NCBI GenBank assembly: GCA_963706955.1
Contig: CAVPOC010000005.1
Coordinates: 120,477 to 184,476, forward strand
Direction of reading: 5' to 3'
DNA length: 64,000 nt
DNA from: an uncultured Verrucomicrobiae bacterium
Lineage (GTDB): Bacteria; Verrucomicrobiota; Verrucomicrobiia; Chthoniobacterales; Terrimicrobiaceae
Positions 62,229 to 64,000 of this stretch are shown here, piece by piece. The number at the start of each line of letters is the position of its first letter. Position 1 is the first letter of the stretch. A model generated the notes under the pieces. The model saw only the letters and a program-made list of their open reading frames with translations. It ran no database searches and was not told the origin of the DNA. Position numbers and translations under genes: made by a program.

Positions 62229-62988
62229 ATGAGCGCGCCGCTGCTCCCGCCGGAGCCGCCGAAGCCCAAGGGCGGACGGCCCCGGGTGTCGGACCGGGCG
62301 GCGCTGACGGGGATCCTGTTCGTGCTGAAGACGGGCATCCCCTGGGAGTACTTGCCTGCCGAGATGGGGTGCGGGAGCGGGATGACGTGCTGGCGCAGGC
62401 TGCGAGACTGGTACCAAGCGGGCGTCTGGCGCAGGCTGCACCAGGTGCTTCTCGAAGAGCTGGCCCAGGCCGATCGCATCGACTGGGACCGGGCCGCGCT
62501 GGACTCCGCCGCGGTGCCCGGCCCCGGGGGGCCAAGAAACGGGCAAGAACCCAACGGATCGCGGCAAACAGGGCACGAAGCGCCATCTTGTGGTCGACGC
62601 CCACGGCATCCCGCTCGCGGTCCTGGTGAGCGCCGCGAACGTGCACGATTCGAAGATGATGCTCGCCACCGTCGACGCCATCGAGCCCATCCGCGCCAAG
62701 ACGCGCGGCAGGCCCCGTCGCCGACCGCACAAGCTCCATGCCGACAAGGGTTACGACTACCGTCACCTCCGTCTGGCCCTGCGCAAGCGCCGCATCATCC
62801 CCCGCATCGCCCGCTGTGGTGTCGAGCCCAAGAACCGCCTGGGACGCTACCGCTGGGTGGTCGAACGGACGCTCTCCTGGCTCAACCGCTTCCGGCGCCT
62901 GAAGATCCGCTACGAGCACCGGGCTGACATCCATCTGGCCTTCTTGCAGCTTGGCTGCGCCCTCATCTCCCTGCGTTTCCTCGGCTAA
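62229..62988 (+). mobile_element. IS5-family transposase in two overlapping frames, 5'-truncated
   Basis: GRPRVSDRAALTGILFVLKTGIPW, TCWRRLRDW, GTKRHLVVDAHGIPL, ADKGYD and RWVVERTLSWL; frame change near 62527. Confidence 0.9.
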
Positions 62989-63054
62989 CCACGTCCAACT
63001 CGCGAGAACGGTCGGCCTGGACCGCCGCGCACGGCCTCTGCTATATCTAGGGAC

Positions 63055-63495
63055 ATGACGATCAAGAGATTGGACCACGTCAGCGTCGTCGTCGACGACC
63101 TTGCAGCCGCTATCGCTTTTTTCACCGCGCTCGGCATGACGATCGAAGGCGAGATGCCGGTCGAGGGCCCGTGGGTGGACCGCGTCAACGGGCTCGAAAG
63201 TGTCCAAGTCGACATCGTTATGATGCGGACCCCAGATGGGCACGGGCGGCTTGAGCTGACGAAGTTTCGCAATCCAAAACTGGTCGAGATCGAACCGGCG
63301 ATCGCACCGCCGAACACGCTGGGCCTCCGGAGCGTCATGTTTACAGTCGAAAGCGTCGACGACACTGTCGCTCGCCTGCGCGCCAACGGCGCCGAACTCG
63401 TCGGCGAGGTGGCCCAGTACGAGGACAAGTACAGACTCTGCTACATGCGAGGCCCTGCGGGCATCATCGTCGCGCTGGCCGAGGAACTCTTCTGA
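63055..63495 (+). CDS. VOC/glyoxalase family protein
   Basis: LDHVSVVVDDL, RLELTKF and YRLCYMRGPAGIIVALAE. Confidence 0.9.
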   Translation: MTIKRLDHVSVVVDDLAAAIAFFTALGMTIEGEMPVEGPWVDRVNGLESVQVDIVMMRTPDGHGRLELTKFRNPKLVEIEPAIAPPNTLGLRSVMFTVESVDDTVARLRANGAELVGEVAQYEDKYRLCYMRGPAGIIVALAEELF

Positions 63496-64000
63496 AGCGT
63501 TCACCGCCTTCGGAGAAACCGGTGGCGCCCTAGGCGCTCCTTCGACTCGATCCCATGGCTCGCAACCATCCTGCTTTCTCGCCTACTTGCGCCGCGGTTT
63601 TGTTAGGCGCACTAAGTAGCCGCTCTGCCCGCGAAAGCGCGCCGCGCTTGCCGTTCTCCGTCGGTGCACTGGCTCTGAATCCGGAGCGTGCCGTTACAAT
63701 CTCAACTGCTGCGATCTTGCCACCCCGTTTCCTATCGCGGAAATGCCACGCTGCGTCCCATTCGGCTCTCAAGGTGATCAGCCCGAAGAGATGACGATTC
63801 TTCGTTGAGAGTGGCATTGTCCTACATCTCTTCACCCGTCGGAGTGTAGGTGAGGAAGAGAGCGCCGTCTGAGCGAGCGGTCAACGCCGTCGCGGCTTTC
63901 GGATTACTTCCAACTTGGATGCCAAGTCGCGCGAGCGCGCGACCAAGTGCCTTAGGCTCTAGGGCTCAACCGGCCCAGACTTTGGCGGCAGTGGCGTTAG

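Noticed and set aside
62194..63504. 436-aa minus-strand ORF, and similar long antisense ORFs such as 6201..7007, 25002..25931, 32912..33799 and 34735..35736
   Set aside because: They are antisense shadows of well-supported genes in GC-rich DNA.
1..64000. tRNA, rRNA, reverse transcriptase/retron, integron or cas genes
   Set aside because: No supporting motifs seen by eye; covariance-model searches were not run.

Overview
GC-rich bacterial accessory region; the gene style and repeats suggest a soil Verrucomicrobiota-like genome, which is an inference. (1) 2.7-11.3 kb, minus strand: a peptide export locus that the ORF track largely misses. It encodes a PpiC/SurA-related protein, a C39-peptidase ABC transporter with two N-terminal cNMP-binding domains, a HlyD adaptor, a sigma54 activator lacking a sensory domain and a sigma54-type promoter. 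These precede a tandem array of six 42-57 aa precursor peptides with a conserved Lys-rich leader ending KDLxPxKDxxG(Q/A) and hypervariable Arg/Pro-rich, Cys-free cores, interleaved with a second small ORF family. (2) 14993-16721: a 1.73 kb loop-less, non-coding imperfect palindrome with IS-like ends and a 4-bp TCAA duplication, inserted in a REP-like site. (3) 54338-55872: a decayed IS110 element in a similar site, with bridge-RNA-like guide segments visible in its right end. The remainder holds a VapBC pair, Ohr, VOC, cupin, PLD, amidase and di-heme cytochrome genes, two sugar ABC clusters (one an ATPase-permease-permease fusion), sugar-acid catabolism genes, a LigC/PrimPol pair, a PAS-adenylate cyclase, a GH75-like protein, IS5, and many gene fragments and degenerate local duplicates. 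Recurrent +1 homopolymer frameshifts suggest long-read consensus errors.
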